Assembly (NCBI GenBank): GCA_965204375.1
Contig: OZ241986.1
Span: forward strand, 4,832,001-4,896,000
From: Candidatus Latescibacterota bacterium
Lineage (GTDB): Bacteria; Latescibacterota; UBA2968
DNA length: 64,000 nucleotides
Direction: 5' to 3'
Notes under the pieces: model-generated
Databases searched by the model: none
Told to the model about the DNA's origin: nothing
Seen by the model: the letters and a program-made list of their open reading frames with translations, nothing else
Part shown: piece after piece, positions 8,422 to 19,300 of the stretch
How positions within the stretch are numbered: position 1 is the first letter of the stretch
Layout: every line of letters starts with the position of its first letter
Made by a program: the position numbers and the translations under genes

Positions 8422-10841
8422 ATGAGACGCTCTCAAATCTGTATTCTCTATATACTCCTCTGCATCCTACCCATGGAACAGGCGGCAGCAGATCAGCGGG
8501 ACTCCCTGTTGACCCTGGGGCAAAAGTACCTTCGGGAGGGGCAGGCAGAAGCCGCCGTTGCGACATTCTCTAACCTGACCAAAACCTTCCCAAAAGACGC
8601 GCACATCCAATCTCGCCTGGGCTATGCGTACTTAAAGAACCGCGACTTTGAAAAAGCAGAAACCGTTTTCAAGATGGCCAAAGGTCTGGATAAAAATTTG
8701 GCAGAAGCGTATGTGGGCCTGGGACTCGTCTATGCCGAACGCCCGGCCTCGGGCCTATCGGCGTATAGCAACTTCCGCAAAGCCGTAGGCGAAGCCAAAC
8801 GCGCGACCAAACTGGACTCGACTTATGGACCTGCGTACCGACTACTGGGCGAATTGTACGAACGGTTTCAGGAAGACCACCAGAAAGCCGTAGATTACTA
8901 TCTAAAATATATCCAGGTGGAATCGGACAACCCCGACGGACTGTATTATTTTGGTCTCGCCTGTGTACAGGCCGATCAACACGACCTGGTTGCGGCGCAC
9001 ATCATCCCCTATATCAACGCACACGAACCGGAATCCCGCCTCTTACCCCTTGCCGCCGCAGGCTATTTTCATCAAAAAGAACACCGCCTCGCCCTGAACT
9101 ATTTCGAACGCTACTTACAGCGCGTTGACAAAACCGAACGCGCCTATTACACCGACATATCTCTCGTCGCTTCGGAAAAGGAATGGCACGCATATCAGAG
9201 CCTATCCGAAGAACCCGAAAAGCTGGACTATTTGCAAAAATTCTGGCGGCGGCGAGACTCGGATCTTTTGACCCAAATCAACGAACGCATCGTAGAACAC
9301 TACCGGCGGGTATGGTATGCGCGCACCTTTTTTTCTAAAAAAATCAGCCCCTGGGACCAGAGGGGCGAAGTCTATATCCGGTACGGCGAACCCGATTATC
9401 GGTCTCGCTCTAACCAGCGCGAATTTGTAATATCGCCAGAAGTAGAAGCCGTTCGCAACCGAATGGCAGCCGATATCTGGGGACCGGCAGCGACCTATCA
9501 CACATTCACGGGACCGGTCTTTCCCATACGCAGCCAGCGCAAACCATTTGAAGGCAATATCACAAACGAAAGCCTGAACACCGGCGTATTTGGCACAGAT
9601 GCCGGGGAAGACGACGCCGTCCTCGCCCTGAACCCAGGGGAAGAGGCAGAAACACTGGGATTCCAATTTGTAGTACCCGACCTCGTCGCATCCAGTCCTT
9701 TTGACATATCGGTTGCTCCCCGAACAGAGCAGCGATTCTTGAATTACAGTCCCGTAACATCAGACCGCGAATTCGAAACTGTACCCTGGGAAACCTGGAC
9801 ATATACGCAACTGCAAGGCGGCGTGGAATTTACCTTTACCGATGAAGTCGGAAACGGACATTTTGACTTCGCGCCCATGCCGCCCATGCCCCAAAGCGAC
9901 AACCGAATTGCCAGTGTGGCGCGGCTCATGGAATACGCGCCCGGGGTAATCTATCAGCAATCTATCGGCGCTGTACCCGACTATTATCGCCCCAGCGTGG
10001 GCAAAGACGCCCTGCACTTCTTTTACGACGTCGCGGATTTCCGCGGACCAGATGGCAAAACCATTGTAGAAGTGTATTACGGAGTGCCCCAGCAGAAGTA
10101 ACCGTGGGCAAAGGCGACCGGGATTATCTCATACACACAAAAGCCACCCTCGCCCTGGCGGACGCAAGCCATGAAAATATCTACCGCGCACACGAAATAC
10201 TCTCCTATCAAAACAGCCGGGAATTTCCCAAAACCCGGGGCGTATTCATCCCCGATGTCATACGCATTGAAGCATCTCCCGGAGAAAAATATCAGCTACA
10301 GGTACAATTGGAAGACGAATTATCCGGGCGCACGGGCGCGTACAAACAGGAACTCACGGTTTCCGACTTCAACTCCGAAGGCGTAAAAATCAGCGGCATT
10401 CAGTTAGCCTCCTCAATCGCCGAGACAGGCACCAATGACCGCCTCCAAAAAAAAGACATCTACGTATCGCCAATGGCTTCCCGAAGCTACCCCTTGGGCA
10501 GTCGGGTATTCGCCTATTTTGAAATCTACAATTTAAAACGCGACACCTTCGGACAAACCCGTTACAAAGTACAGTACCGCGTGCAATTTAACCCGCGCAA
10601 CACTGTGGGCCTCGCAGGCGTCATCACCTCGGGAATTCGCGCACTTCTGCGGCAGCAAAAACCCCAGGTCTCTGTAACCTATGAACAGGTGGGCTCCGAC
10701 GACGAAGAACGCGAATACGTAGAACTCGATCTAAAAAAAGCCAAACCGGGGGTAAATGTGGTAGAAATCACTGTACAGGACAAAGTAAGCGGAGAAAAAG
10801 CAACGCGAGAGGTCGTATTTTTTTACGGCGGATCGGGATGA
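8422..10841 (+). pseudogene. TPR + GWxTD-domain secreted protein split by a 1-nt frameshift (ORFs 8422-10101 and 10104-10841)
   Basis: Signal peptide, TPRs, FWRRRD...EHYRRVWYA...WDQRGEVYIRYGEPD. Adding one C to the CCCC run at 10087-10090 gives a continuous GVPPAEVTVGKGDRDY. The second ORF matches the C-terminus of the intact paralogue at 58583. Confidence 0.75.
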
Positions 10842-10854
10842 CAAAGGAGAGCCC

Positions 10855-11682
10855 ATGCCCATAACTGACGCCCTTCCCGGCATGAAACGGGAACTGAAAT
10901 TTTACCCGGCAAAAACTGATGCGCCCAAAAAACTGACGCGGGCGCAAATCCAGTACTTCAACGAAAAGGGATACATCTTCCCGCTCGACGTCTTCAGCAA
11001 AAAAGAAACCGAAGCCAATCGCGCGTATTTTGACAAACTCATGGGCAAAGCACAGGCAGCGGGTAAAAACAGCTACTCAATCAACGGATGGCACCGCAGT
11101 TGCAAAGGCATCTACGACCTGCTCGTCGATAACCGCATTCTCGACTACGTCGAAGACCTGCTCGGACCCAACCTCGTCTCGCGCATGACTCACTACTTCA
11201 GCAAAATGCCAGGAGACGGCAAAAAAGTCGCCTTTCACCAGGACGCATCCTACTGGCCCCTCACACCCTCCAAAACCGTAACCGTCTGGCTCGCCATTGA
11301 CGATGTTGACCTCGCAAACGCCCCCATGGAAGTCATACCTGGATCGCACCTCCACGGACAAATACCCTTTGAACGCAGCACACCAGAAGAAAATAACGTC
11401 CTCGGACAATCCGTTCACCACGCCGAAAAATTTGGCGACCCCGTACCCCTGATCATGAAAGCCGGGCAAATCTCCATCCACTCCGACTTATTGCTACACG
11501 GCTCCAGACCCAATGCCTCGCAACGGCGTCGCTGCGGCCTGACCCTGCGCTACATGCCCCCCGAAGTCCGCACCCGAGAAACCGACCACGCCCCCGCGGT
11601 CTTATGCCGCGGCATGGATCCTTCGGGATACTGGCAGCACATCTCCCGTCCCGACGGCGATGACATCCCGAAAAGAAAGTGA
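10855..11682 (+). CDS. Phytanoyl-CoA dioxygenase (PhyH) family Fe/2OG oxygenase
   Basis: FHQDASYWP, TVWLAIDD, IPGSH, LLHGSRPN...RR. Confidence 0.9.
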   Translation: MPITDALPGMKRELKFYPAKTDAPKKLTRAQIQYFNEKGYIFPLDVFSKKETEANRAYFDKLMGKAQAAGKNSYSINGWHRSCKGIYDLLVDNRILDYVEDLLGPNLVSRMTHYFSKMPGDGKKVAFHQDASYWPLTPSKTVTVWLAIDDVDLANAPMEVIPGSHLHGQIPFERSTPEENNVLGQSVHHAEKFGDPVPLIMKAGQISIHSDLLLHGSRPNASQRRRCGLTLRYMPPEVRTRETDHAPAVLCRGMDPSGYWQHISRPDGDDIPKRK

Positions 11683-11688
11683 AACACC

Positions 11689-12495
11689 ATGATGACCCCT
11701 GAACAGCGCTACCTCTTTGACCTCAACGGGTACCTGCACCTGCGCAATGCCCTCTCTGACGACGAACTGAGTGCCGCGCGAGAAGCAGCCGAACGCTACG
11801 TCACAACACCCGAATCGGAACTACCCGAGGGCTTTGGCAAAGACGGCAAACGCCACCTGCACGGCTTTGCATTCGACAGAGCACTCGAACGCCTGACCGT
11901 ACACCCCGCGATCTGGCCCATCGTCACAGAACTCACCAATGGCCGACCCCGCCTCACCAGCGGCACGCTTCAGGTCAACATCCCCGATCAAATCGACAAC
12001 GCACTTCGCCTGCACTGCGCCCGCGACGACTACGGCTGGGACGCCATCCGCTACGAAGTCCGCAACGGACACATCTTTTGCGACCACACCGTCTGCTTTC
12101 CCTACCTCACCGACGTGCATCCGGGCGACGGAGGTCTCCTCGTCATCCCCGGCTCACACAAAAGCATGTTTGATCGCCCCCGGCACCTCTTTCAAAACGG
12201 CCTGATCGAAAACCGCGACCACATCCCCGAAGGCGTGGTCAACATCACACCCAAAGCTGGCGACATCGTCGTCATGAACGAACTCGTCACCCACGGCGCC
12301 CTGCCCTGGACGCCAAAAGATCGCATGCGGATGATCCTCGTCTTGCGCTATCACCCCCAATACACAGGGGGATCAGAACTGCCCCAGGCCATCCAAAAAC
12401 GCCTCTCTCCTGAAACGCTCGAACTCACGGCACGCGCGGGTTATCAGGACCGAAAAGAAATCGCAACACGGGACAACATCGCGCTTACTGTATAG
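11689..12495 (+). CDS. PhyH family dioxygenase-like protein
   Basis: QRYLFDLNGYL, YLTDVHPGDGGLLVIPGSHK, KAGD...LVTHGALPW. Confidence 0.8.
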   Translation: MMTPEQRYLFDLNGYLHLRNALSDDELSAAREAAERYVTTPESELPEGFGKDGKRHLHGFAFDRALERLTVHPAIWPIVTELTNGRPRLTSGTLQVNIPDQIDNALRLHCARDDYGWDAIRYEVRNGHIFCDHTVCFPYLTDVHPGDGGLLVIPGSHKSMFDRPRHLFQNGLIENRDHIPEGVVNITPKAGDIVVMNELVTHGALPWTPKDRMRMILVLRYHPQYTGGSELPQAIQKRLSPETLELTARAGYQDRKEIATRDNIALTV

Positions 12496-12697
12496 GGTTC
12501 TGTCAATACGCCTCACATCACATCCTGTCCCTTTAGATGTTCTCAGTGAACTGGTCTGTACTGCCTGCTTATGTATCGGCAGACAGGCGCGCAAGCAGGG
12601 CTATGATCACCGGGGCCGCGTTTTTTCCGCACGAAGGTATCCAACTCATGCCGGACGGTCTCACCGGTAGAATCGGCCATGTTCCCCTTTTTTGGCG

Positions 12698-12740
12698 TAT
12701 AATGATAAATGAGTAAATTGCAATTATCTGCAATTTACTC
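12698..12740 (+). promoter_or_regulatory. TATAAT box followed by a perfect 12-bp inverted repeat (candidate operator)
   Basis: TATAAT 12698-12703; GAGTAAATTGCA-ATTATC-TGCAATTTACTC 12711-12740. Confidence 0.45.
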
Positions 12741-12900
12741 GAAAAAACAGGGGTTTGGAATGACATTTTGGCGAATAAAGTTTATTATATGCAAAAATTA
12801 AGACCTTCAAAATGTCTCAGTGTGAGAATCCAAAAAGAGTGTTCCTCCCTGAGCCTATTCACAACTTCCTTGCCCCAAAACGCATTTGCACACTGCCTGA

Positions 12901-13050
12901 AGCCGCGGTAAGCTGATCAGGCCGTGCGGTACGGGTAAGACGTTTGCCGCGCTACGTATCGTGGAGTCTATTGCGGGTATCGGTGGGCGTGTGCTCTATC
13001 TGGATCCGTCGATATTCGTAGGCGATGTAGCGGAAATAGTGGGCGAGTTG
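12901..13050 (+). pseudogene. Remnant of a type ISP (LlaGI/LlaBIII-like) R-M helicase gene
   Basis: Translates SRGKLIRPCGTGKTFAALRIVESIAGIGGRVLYLDPS (helicase motifs I and Ia in the RGKLIMxCGTGKT context); no start codon; absent from the ORF track. Confidence 0.65.
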
Positions 13051-13093
13051 TTAGAGGTAAGAGGAGAGAATTTTCTGGCGGGTGAAAGACTAT

Positions 13094-13717
13094 TTACCAT
13101 GTGGGTGGTTTAAAAAAATTACCATGGGCATCCCGTAATTGATCGGGAAGGAGACTCTGAGCGAGATGTGGGTTTATGATCTGCCCCACAAATGTGGCAT
13201 ACTCTTTAAGGATGGTTGATGGTCGGATACCAGGAAAATAGACACCTACGCTTAACCGCAATTCTCGGGTCACAATTCGGATGGCCTCCCCAAAATCAGA
13301 GTCATTGGATACCACAATGGCAGCTTCGTAATCCTTTTTGTAAGCATCGTTTAACAGGTGAACAGCAAGGTTGACATCTGAACCTTTTTCTTCAGTTTTC
13401 CAAACTTCCACAGTATTGGGAGGTGGCGTTACCAATGGCATTCTGGCTGAGCGGGTCTGAAAGTTGCCTTCAATAATTTCAATATTATTAAAAGTACGTA
13501 AAGCCCGCCAATAGAACGCTTGACGTGTCCGTTTTCCTGGATCATGCCGTGCATGTATACGAGCAGTAAAATACTTGATTTTTTGAATGTCATTACGAGG
13601 ATATCTGAGCGTAAACAATTTATTCAGGTCAAGCCACTTATAGGGTGTTCCCTTTAATGCACCGTAGTATAAGTTAAATCCATCAACATAAATATTTGTC
13701 TTGATTTTTTTCTTCAT
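13094..13717 (-). CDS. NYN domain (PIN-like, LabA/DUF88-related) ribonuclease
   Basis: IYVDGFNLYY, EEKGSDVNLA, VSNDSDF; acidic catalytic residues intact. Confidence 0.9.
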   Translation of the reverse strand: MKKKIKTNIYVDGFNLYYGALKGTPYKWLDLNKLFTLRYPRNDIQKIKYFTARIHARHDPGKRTRQAFYWRALRTFNNIEIIEGNFQTRSARMPLVTPPPNTVEVWKTEEKGSDVNLAVHLLNDAYKKDYEAAIVVSNDSDFGEAIRIVTRELRLSVGVYFPGIRPSTILKEYATFVGQIINPHLAQSLLPDQLRDAHGNFFKPPTW

Positions 13718-13761
13718 TATAATCTTTAAAATATAAAAATCGCGTTGGATATCATACGGTT

Positions 13762-13817
13762 AAACATAAATAGAATTGGCGCGAACCTCTTTGTTTCTGG
13801 TTTCGCGCCAATTCTAT
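13762..13817 (-). terminator. Intrinsic terminator-like hairpin between the RNA leader and the NYN gene
   Basis: Perfect 16-bp IR ATAGAATTGGCGCGAA / TTCGCGCCAATTCTAT (13770-13817); on the minus strand it is followed by UUAUGUUU. Confidence 0.65.
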
Positions 13818-13940
13818 ACTACGCAGTCTCAACATAGGAGACTTTCGATGTCTATCTCAAGAATAGATACTTAAAAATCTAAGAGTAGATACCTAAATAT
13901 CTACTCTTGAGCCCTGCTCCCGAAGCAACAGGGGGAATTA
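13762..13940 (-). ncRNA. Candidate structured RNA (five consecutive hairpins) upstream of the NYN nuclease
   Basis: CCCUGUU-gCUUCGGg-AGCAGGG (cUUCGg loop); AAGAGUAGAUA/UAUCUACUCUU; UCUAU/AUAGA; AGUCUC/GAGACU; terminator hairpin; bracketed by a promoter. Confidence 0.5.
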
Positions 13941-13945
13941 TGGGA

Positions 13946-13974
13946 AACTTAGCAAATACAGATACAAGAGTCAA
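13946..13974 (-). promoter_or_regulatory. Sigma70-type promoter for the RNA/NYN unit
   Basis: TTGACT - 17 bp - TAAGTT with extended TGn. Confidence 0.65.
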
Positions 13975-14009
13975 GCTCTTTATTGCAGGTTGCTCAATAC
14001 CATTCTTCC

Positions 14010-15202
14010 TTACTCTAAGACCGCAGGCAATGACCGGGTGCGTTGATCGATGGGCTGAGGCGCATCAAATTCTCCATCTCCAACGTCCAACTCCTGAAAC
14101 CGCCGCATAGAGGGCAAAACCCTGCGCTCCAGTGAACCAATGGCACCATTATAACTCTCAACGGCCTGATCGATATGGCGCCTCAAGGTGTTAAGGTGGT
14201 CGAAAAATGGCTTTATGCGCTGATACAGCTCTTTGCCCTCGTCTGCTATTTGACGCGCGTTTTCAGACATCGCCTGTTGTTGCCAGCCGTAAGCAACAGC
14301 CTTTAAGAACGCCAAAAGTGTAACGGGCGTTGTAATCAGCACCTAGCTTTGCAAGGCATATTCCAACAAACTCGGATCTTCCTCAAATGCCGCGGCAACA
14401 CTGGCTTCGACTGGCACAAACATTACGACAACCTCTGGTGCCTTTTCGAACTGCGACCAGTAGGCTTTTTGTCCCAATTCGCGCACTCGACTGCGTACCG
14501 CTTGAGCATGTGCTCTCATGTAGTCTTTGTATTCCGCATCATCACCAGCTTCTGCTGCATTCAAATATGCTGTCATTGGTGTTTTGGCATCTACCGGCAG
14601 CACTCCCCCACCTGGCAAATGCACAATCATATCCGGACGACCACTGTCACCCGACACCTGTTCCTCAAAAGCCACACGCCGTTCCATGCCCGCCAATTCC
14701 ACCACGCGACGTAACTGCACCTCGCCCCATTGCCCGCGTTTAGAAGACGATTTGAGTGCCTGAGATAACGTGACAGTCGTAGTTTGAAGTTCCTGCTGCG
14801 CTACCACGAGCCCCTTCAGCTGCTGGTCGAGTGCCCGATACGCGCCTTCTCGTTTCTCCTTCAGCGATCGCACATGCCCATCAAGTTTTGCATTTCTGTT
14901 TTCTGCGTTTTCCAGTCGCCGCGTACCTCATTTAGTACGCCGGTCATTTGCGTCTGCGCCTGTTTCAAAAACGCATCGGCATTGTGACGCAAAGACTTGC
15001 CTGCCAGCGAGTCAAAAGCCTCGCGCAATTTTTCTTCTGCTTTTTGGATCCACTCCTCTTTGTCAGTCTGGGCTTCCTTCTCGCTCTGCAACTTCGCCAA
15101 CTCAATACGCAAAGCCTCATCCCCACTCTTTCGCAGGCTCATAATCACGCCCCCAACTACACCCCCAATTACAAATGCGATCAATAGATACAGCATTTCC
15201 AT
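14010..15202 (-). pseudogene. rmuC: RmuC-family DNA recombination/nuclease protein, disrupted
   Basis: N-terminal TM + coiled coil; RGQWGEVQLRRVVELAG, RPDMIVHLP, VDAKTP, VMFVPVE, TTPVTLLA. Frameshift/deletion near 14870-14880 and in-frame TAG at 14343-14345. Confidence 0.8.
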
Positions 15203-15264
15203 ATAAACTCCTTTTGAGGACAACCAATAAAACATCCTTTGAGATGAATGCGTGACCTCGAGCG

Positions 15265-16332
15265 TCAATCATCATCCTTGCTCGGAATGATCAAGCGGAA
15301 CAGCACGGGATGATGATCCGAGTAGTATTTTGGAAATTCATAAATATCGTACGGATCGCCGGGATAAGGATCTGAGCTTTGCCATGTGTCGCGCATCTGG
15401 TTGATCAGGTCAATGATCTGAAAATCAAACGCCTCGTCTATCTCGTCTAACGCCGCATGCTTGGCTGGGCGATACATAACGTGGTCATAAGGCTTACTCT
15501 TCCCGGCTGCCGTATTCGTCTTTTGGCACTCGTCATTCAGCGATACAAATCCCGCTGGCGTCACATCCCAAAGCTCCGCTTTGTCTTCGATATTCATATC
15601 CCCTACGATGTAGAAGTCCTGTTCCTGTTCGCCGTGTTGGTCAATCCACTCGGCTATGCTCAAAAGCTCGGCCTTGCGTTCTTTTTTTTTGTTTCTGCCT
15701 GGGAACAAATGGACGTTGATGATGACAAAATCCATCTTGCCATCTATGGTGCGGAAGCTGTGGGCATGCGGTACACGGCGATACACGAGGTGGGCTGAGC
15801 GATCTTTTGCCAGAAAGCCGTGAGGTAAATCATCGGCAATCTTCAGTTTGTCAGGCTTGTAAAAAACTACCGACCATTCGGTGTTTATTCCCTTATTGTG
15901 GATTTTTTCTACACTGCCTGTGTCTTCACAAGATAGGGAGTAATCAAAGCCCTGTGCGCTCATCGCATCGAAGAAGGCATCTGCTTCGGGATCCTCTGTA
16001 TATGGCGTTCCATCGCAGTATTGACCGTTATCGGGCGGTGCGACGAGCTCTTGAACGACAACCATATCATAAGGGCTGACCAACTGAGCAAGACTCTTAT
16101 TCTGCTTCTTGTTCGATGAGCCAACGAATTTGATGTTGAAAGAACAGACTGTGATCTTCTTGTCGGTGACTGACTGTTGGCAACCGAACGAGAACAGTAG
16201 AATGCATAATAAAAAGTATTTTTTAAGGCTTTGTAGGTACAAGTATGGTCGCAGCCAAGGGCCATACTGCTCCGCGCCAACGGCCTTCCTCATCTCTAAC
16301 CTCACTACCGAGTTTTTCTCGGATATGCACAT
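15265..16332 (-). CDS. Endonuclease/exonuclease/phosphatase (DNase I-like) lipoprotein; start uncertain
   Basis: SFNIK, VQEL, VGDMN, YDH, SDHHPV motifs; lipobox-like KKYFLLCILLFSFGC near 16222. Confidence 0.8.
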   Translation of the reverse strand: MCISEKNSVVRLEMRKAVGAEQYGPWLRPYLYLQSLKKYFLLCILLFSFGCQQSVTDKKITVCSFNIKFVGSSNKKQNKSLAQLVSPYDMVVVQELVAPPDNGQYCDGTPYTEDPEADAFFDAMSAQGFDYSLSCEDTGSVEKIHNKGINTEWSVVFYKPDKLKIADDLPHGFLAKDRSAHLVYRRVPHAHSFRTIDGKMDFVIINVHLFPGRNKKKERKAELLSIAEWIDQHGEQEQDFYIVGDMNIEDKAELWDVTPAGFVSLNDECQKTNTAAGKSKPYDHVMYRPAKHAALDEIDEAFDFQIIDLINQMRDTWQSSDPYPGDPYDIYEFPKYYSDHHPVLFRLIIPSKDDD

Positions 16333-19300
16333 CTTGGGATAAAACCTCCTTAAGGAAACTCTGGTCTAGGTCAAGATGGGAAAATTTCGTATCGTCTTTG
16401 CGAAAATTTGTCCAGATAATATCTTCGACGAGTTCCCCATCAAGTTCTTCAGGTTTAGGATCGGAAGGCGAGAGTGCGAACAGCCGGAGTTCATGATTGA
16501 AAAAGTGTTCATCTCTCAAGTGGGCAACGAGGTAACTGAGCAATACCACAGGCTCGTCAGCATTATCCGAGAAATAGGCACGTTCCTCCTTGTCATAGGT
16601 GCCAATACCGAGAACGAGGTTTGGCATATCCTCAATATTCTCAGCGGTCCGGAGAGTCTGTAACGCACAGGCGATTATTGGGTGGTTAATACCACCACTT
16701 TTGCATCGGCTCACAGATGGAGATAGTGCTGCTGCTTCACGGTCAAAGACTACCCAACGATTTTGCATTTGATTGTCATTAATATAATAACGAATGGCCT
16801 CCTTTTCTTCAGACCGAAAACTGTCAGTACTAAGATCATAACTCACCTTGTTATAGTTCACTATCCCCTTAGTAGCTTTAATCTTGTCCGACTCTTGGAG
16901 TAGTTCAACCAGATGTTCCATCGTAGCCCTGCCTTTTTCGTCGGGGAGTTGTTCAACCCTGTGGCGGCGCAGTTCATCGTCCACCTGCTCCACATGTTGT
17001 TTGCCTGCTTCAACGGCCTCTCCAATAACCGCATCGTCGGCAGTTTGGCTGCTGAATAGATTTCGCAGTATTTCTAAAGGGATACCCGCCATAATGCGGC
17101 GAAAGTATTCCTCTTGCTTTGTCTCACTCTCCGTGAGATCATTCACGATGTCCAAAAGGCGCTTCGTAAGGCGCCAATATATATCAGCTTCGCGGGAGTC
17201 CCGCAGCAGAATTGTATCTACAATAATTTCATATATCGTGCCGATACGATGCACTCGCCCTATGCGTTGCTCCAAGACCATCGGGTTCCACGGCAGATCG
17301 AAATGGATCAGGCGCCGGGCAATTTGTAGATTGATTCCCTCGCCTCCAGCAGCACTCGACACAAGTACTCTGCGACCGAGGCGACCAGGCTTTGTGAAAT
17401 TCTCTATCGCCGTTCTTCGCTCTGAGGGATCTTGTCCTCCAACGATTACACAGCATGGAATGCCGAGTTGCTCCACATGGCGCTTTATCTCAAAGACCGT
17501 GTCCACGCTCTGGGCAAATACGACGAAAGGCTCATCCTCTTCTTCCAAGAGTTGTGTGAGAACATCGAATTTCGCCTTCGCCTGTGGTGAAGATATCAAA
17601 GAAGCGTACTGCATGAGAAGTTTCGAAAGCCGCCGCTTCTCTTCTTGGCGCATTGCAGCAACGCTGACAGGTCCAACTGATTCATTGAGATCATCGTCTT
17701 CCTCGACGTAATCAGATTCATCCTCTTTCACTGACTTGAGCAACTCTTCTATAAGATCCTCAGGCCTTTGTTTCGCGGACCGATGTCGATATGGAATCAG
17801 TAGCTTAACCCACTCCAGTAGTGTCTTTTCTTTTTTCTCATCAGCGAAATGGCGCAAGTAGCGGCGTAACAGGAAGGCGAATCCAGCCTTAGGGGAACTG
17901 GCCGCATATTGAAGGGCGTGACTCTTCACAAATCCGAGTGCTTGTCTCTTATCATTGGAGTTGTACTGGAGCCAATCGAAAAACTCAGCAATATCGGATA
18001 ACAGGTTATTGTATTCGGAAGGATTGTCTGCATAACGGGGCTGACGGACATTCCTTCGAGGAAAAACAGGACGATCATCCCAATCGCGTATTTCCTCCTT
18101 GATTCGGTAGATAACTCGTCCAGCTATCGCTCGTTGTTGTTCCTCTTGAGAGGCTCTGCGGCCAAGGCCGCACATGAGAGAAATCAAGTTTAGGAACACT
18201 TCGCGATTGCCTTGATGCGGCGTACCAGATAAAAAATAGACACGCCCGCCCTCAGCAAGATGGTGTCCAATGATCTGTTCAAATAGTCTAAACCACTTCT
18301 GAGCGTTTTGGCTATCGCCAGAGCCATACATCCTGAGTTTATGACACTCGTCAGCGATAACTACATCCCATTGTGTACCGCGAAGATAATTTTCTGGATT
18401 TGAGCCAAATCCGAGTCGATGAAGCGACGCGGCAACACATCGATCATGCTCTTTTAGTCCCAATCGGGCTGGAGAGTATTTCTTTTCATCCAGCGAACTA
18501 TTGGCGAATACCCAAAAATCATCCAAGCCCATGTTCTTAAACTCATCTACTACATTGGTTACCAAGCTCCCTGGGGTGACATATAGAACGCGTAAGTCAG
18601 GCTTTGCGGCCTTTAAGCGTTCCAAGAGGAGCCCCATCTCGATAGTCTTACCAAGACCAACTTCGTCAGCAATGAGCATCTCCCGTGGTGCCTCAGCCCC
18701 ACTGAGATACTCAACGAGACTTGTCTGGTGACGGAGTTGAAGAACAGGCAAGCTGTCGAGTTGCCCTGACTGGTTCTCAGCCTGAAGCCAGTAAGCCGCC
18801 AAGCGGCGGAAGTGCTCCTTAGAGTTAGAGACTGCCGCAATACCCTCGTGGGCAAGCTGAGCCGCAGGGGTATCCCAAAAGTCCGGCTTGGCCTCATTGA
18901 CAAACGGTTTCGGTACCTGGATGCGTGCTGGATGATGCTCTGGATCCACCGGTGATATATCCGAAACCGCAAGCCACTGCTCCTGTCCAAAGAGTCCGCT
19001 ACCCTCGGTCTGCACTTGGGCTATCCCCCACATAGGTCGGTCTCGAAAAACTACATATTCTCGCTGCTTCATGTATTGATTCTCCTTCTTCTTTTTATCG
19101 CCGAGAGTAGGCCGTAAAGTTCGGCCATCTTTCCACCAGCGATCAAAAACCTCGACTAACTGTTTGATTGTTGATTCCGAGAATTTTCCTGATAATCCTA
19201 CCGACATTTCGATATTGTGAGGTTGTATTCCCAGACCCAGACCTTTACCAGTCAGGTTCACCGATCCGACAACCGCTGCTTTATCATCCAGAATAAGGAT

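Noticed and set aside
12493-12510. TAGGGTTCTGTC resembling the MITE terminal repeat
   Set aside because: Only about 9 bp match and no partner inverted repeat found
14343-14345. Programmed TAG readthrough (pyrrolysine/recoding) in rmuC
   Set aside because: The same gene also has a frameshift, and TAG serves as a normal stop elsewhere (2975, 7464, 12495)
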